Origin: Lingula anatina
Lineage: Eukaryota; Animalia; Brachiopoda
NCBI GenBank assembly: GCA_051362555.1
Contig: CM120645.1
Coordinates: 15,252,001-15,316,000, forward strand
DNA length: 64,000 nt
Direction: 5' to 3'
Below are positions 63,594 to 64,000 of this stretch, in pieces; within the stretch, counting starts at the first letter, position 1; the number at the start of each line of letters is the position of its first letter. A program made the position numbers and the translations under genes. A model generated the notes under the pieces. The model saw only the letters and a program-made list of their open reading frames with translations, searched no databases and was not told the origin of the DNA.

Positions 63594-64000
63594 TTCAACA
63601 TATGTGCAACACCGATAAAGCGATAAGTCAAAAACCTTTTTACTTTTTGGCTTGAAACTTAAAGAACTGATGAAAATTCACAATATTCAGGACAAGTTCA
63701 AAAATTAGCATGATCTGGCCATTTTTGAAAAAGTTATGCTGTTTTTTCACTTTTTCAGCATATATACAACACCGATAAAGCGATAAGTGAAAACCCGTTT
63801 TACTATTTGGCTTGAAACTTACAGAACTGATGAATATTTGCAATTCGCAGGTCAAGTTCAAAAATCAGCATGATCAGCCATTTTTATAAAAATTTGCTGT
63901 TTTTTTACACTTTTTTCAGCATATATGCAACACCGTTAACACAATAAGTGGAAAACCATTTTACCTTTTGGCTTGAAACTTACAGAACTGATGAATATTC
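63594..64000 (+). repeat. Array of the ~161-bp Helentron-associated repeat running off the window
   Basis: ATAAGT..AAA.CC anchors at ~63622, 63782, 63943. Confidence 0.9.

Noticed and set aside
61938-63626. Several plus-strand ORFs over the Penelope element
   Set aside because: Antisense shadows of the RT/endonuclease frame with no recognisable motifs.

Overview
AT-rich, intron-containing animal DNA, probably a marine invertebrate (lophotrochozoan-like; taxon not determinable from sequence). Left half: a tandem array of cytosolic sulfotransferase genes on the - strand (one intact, one doubly frameshifted, plus the promoter of a third copy off-window that is interrupted by a Tc1 element), a nearly intronless divergent TRPV-like channel, and two tandem GT10 alpha-1,3-fucosyltransferases (the second frameshifted). 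Middle: a 5-exon DUF1295 gene, tRNA-Trp(CCA) and a 9-exon FAM185A gene with a GC-AG first intron. Right third: nested transposons (piggyBac-like, Ginger-like, Harbinger MITEs, a Helentron-like element inserted into itself in inverted orientation, and a young Penelope-like retroelement). The most notable hidden signals are two minimal hammerhead ribozymes with non-canonical compensated cores: G3-C8 in the Penelope element, next to a competing hairpin, and U3-A8, sense-oriented in a sulfotransferase intron. A conserved nuclear-receptor element sits in all three sulfotransferase promoters. All gene models and alignments were read by eye.
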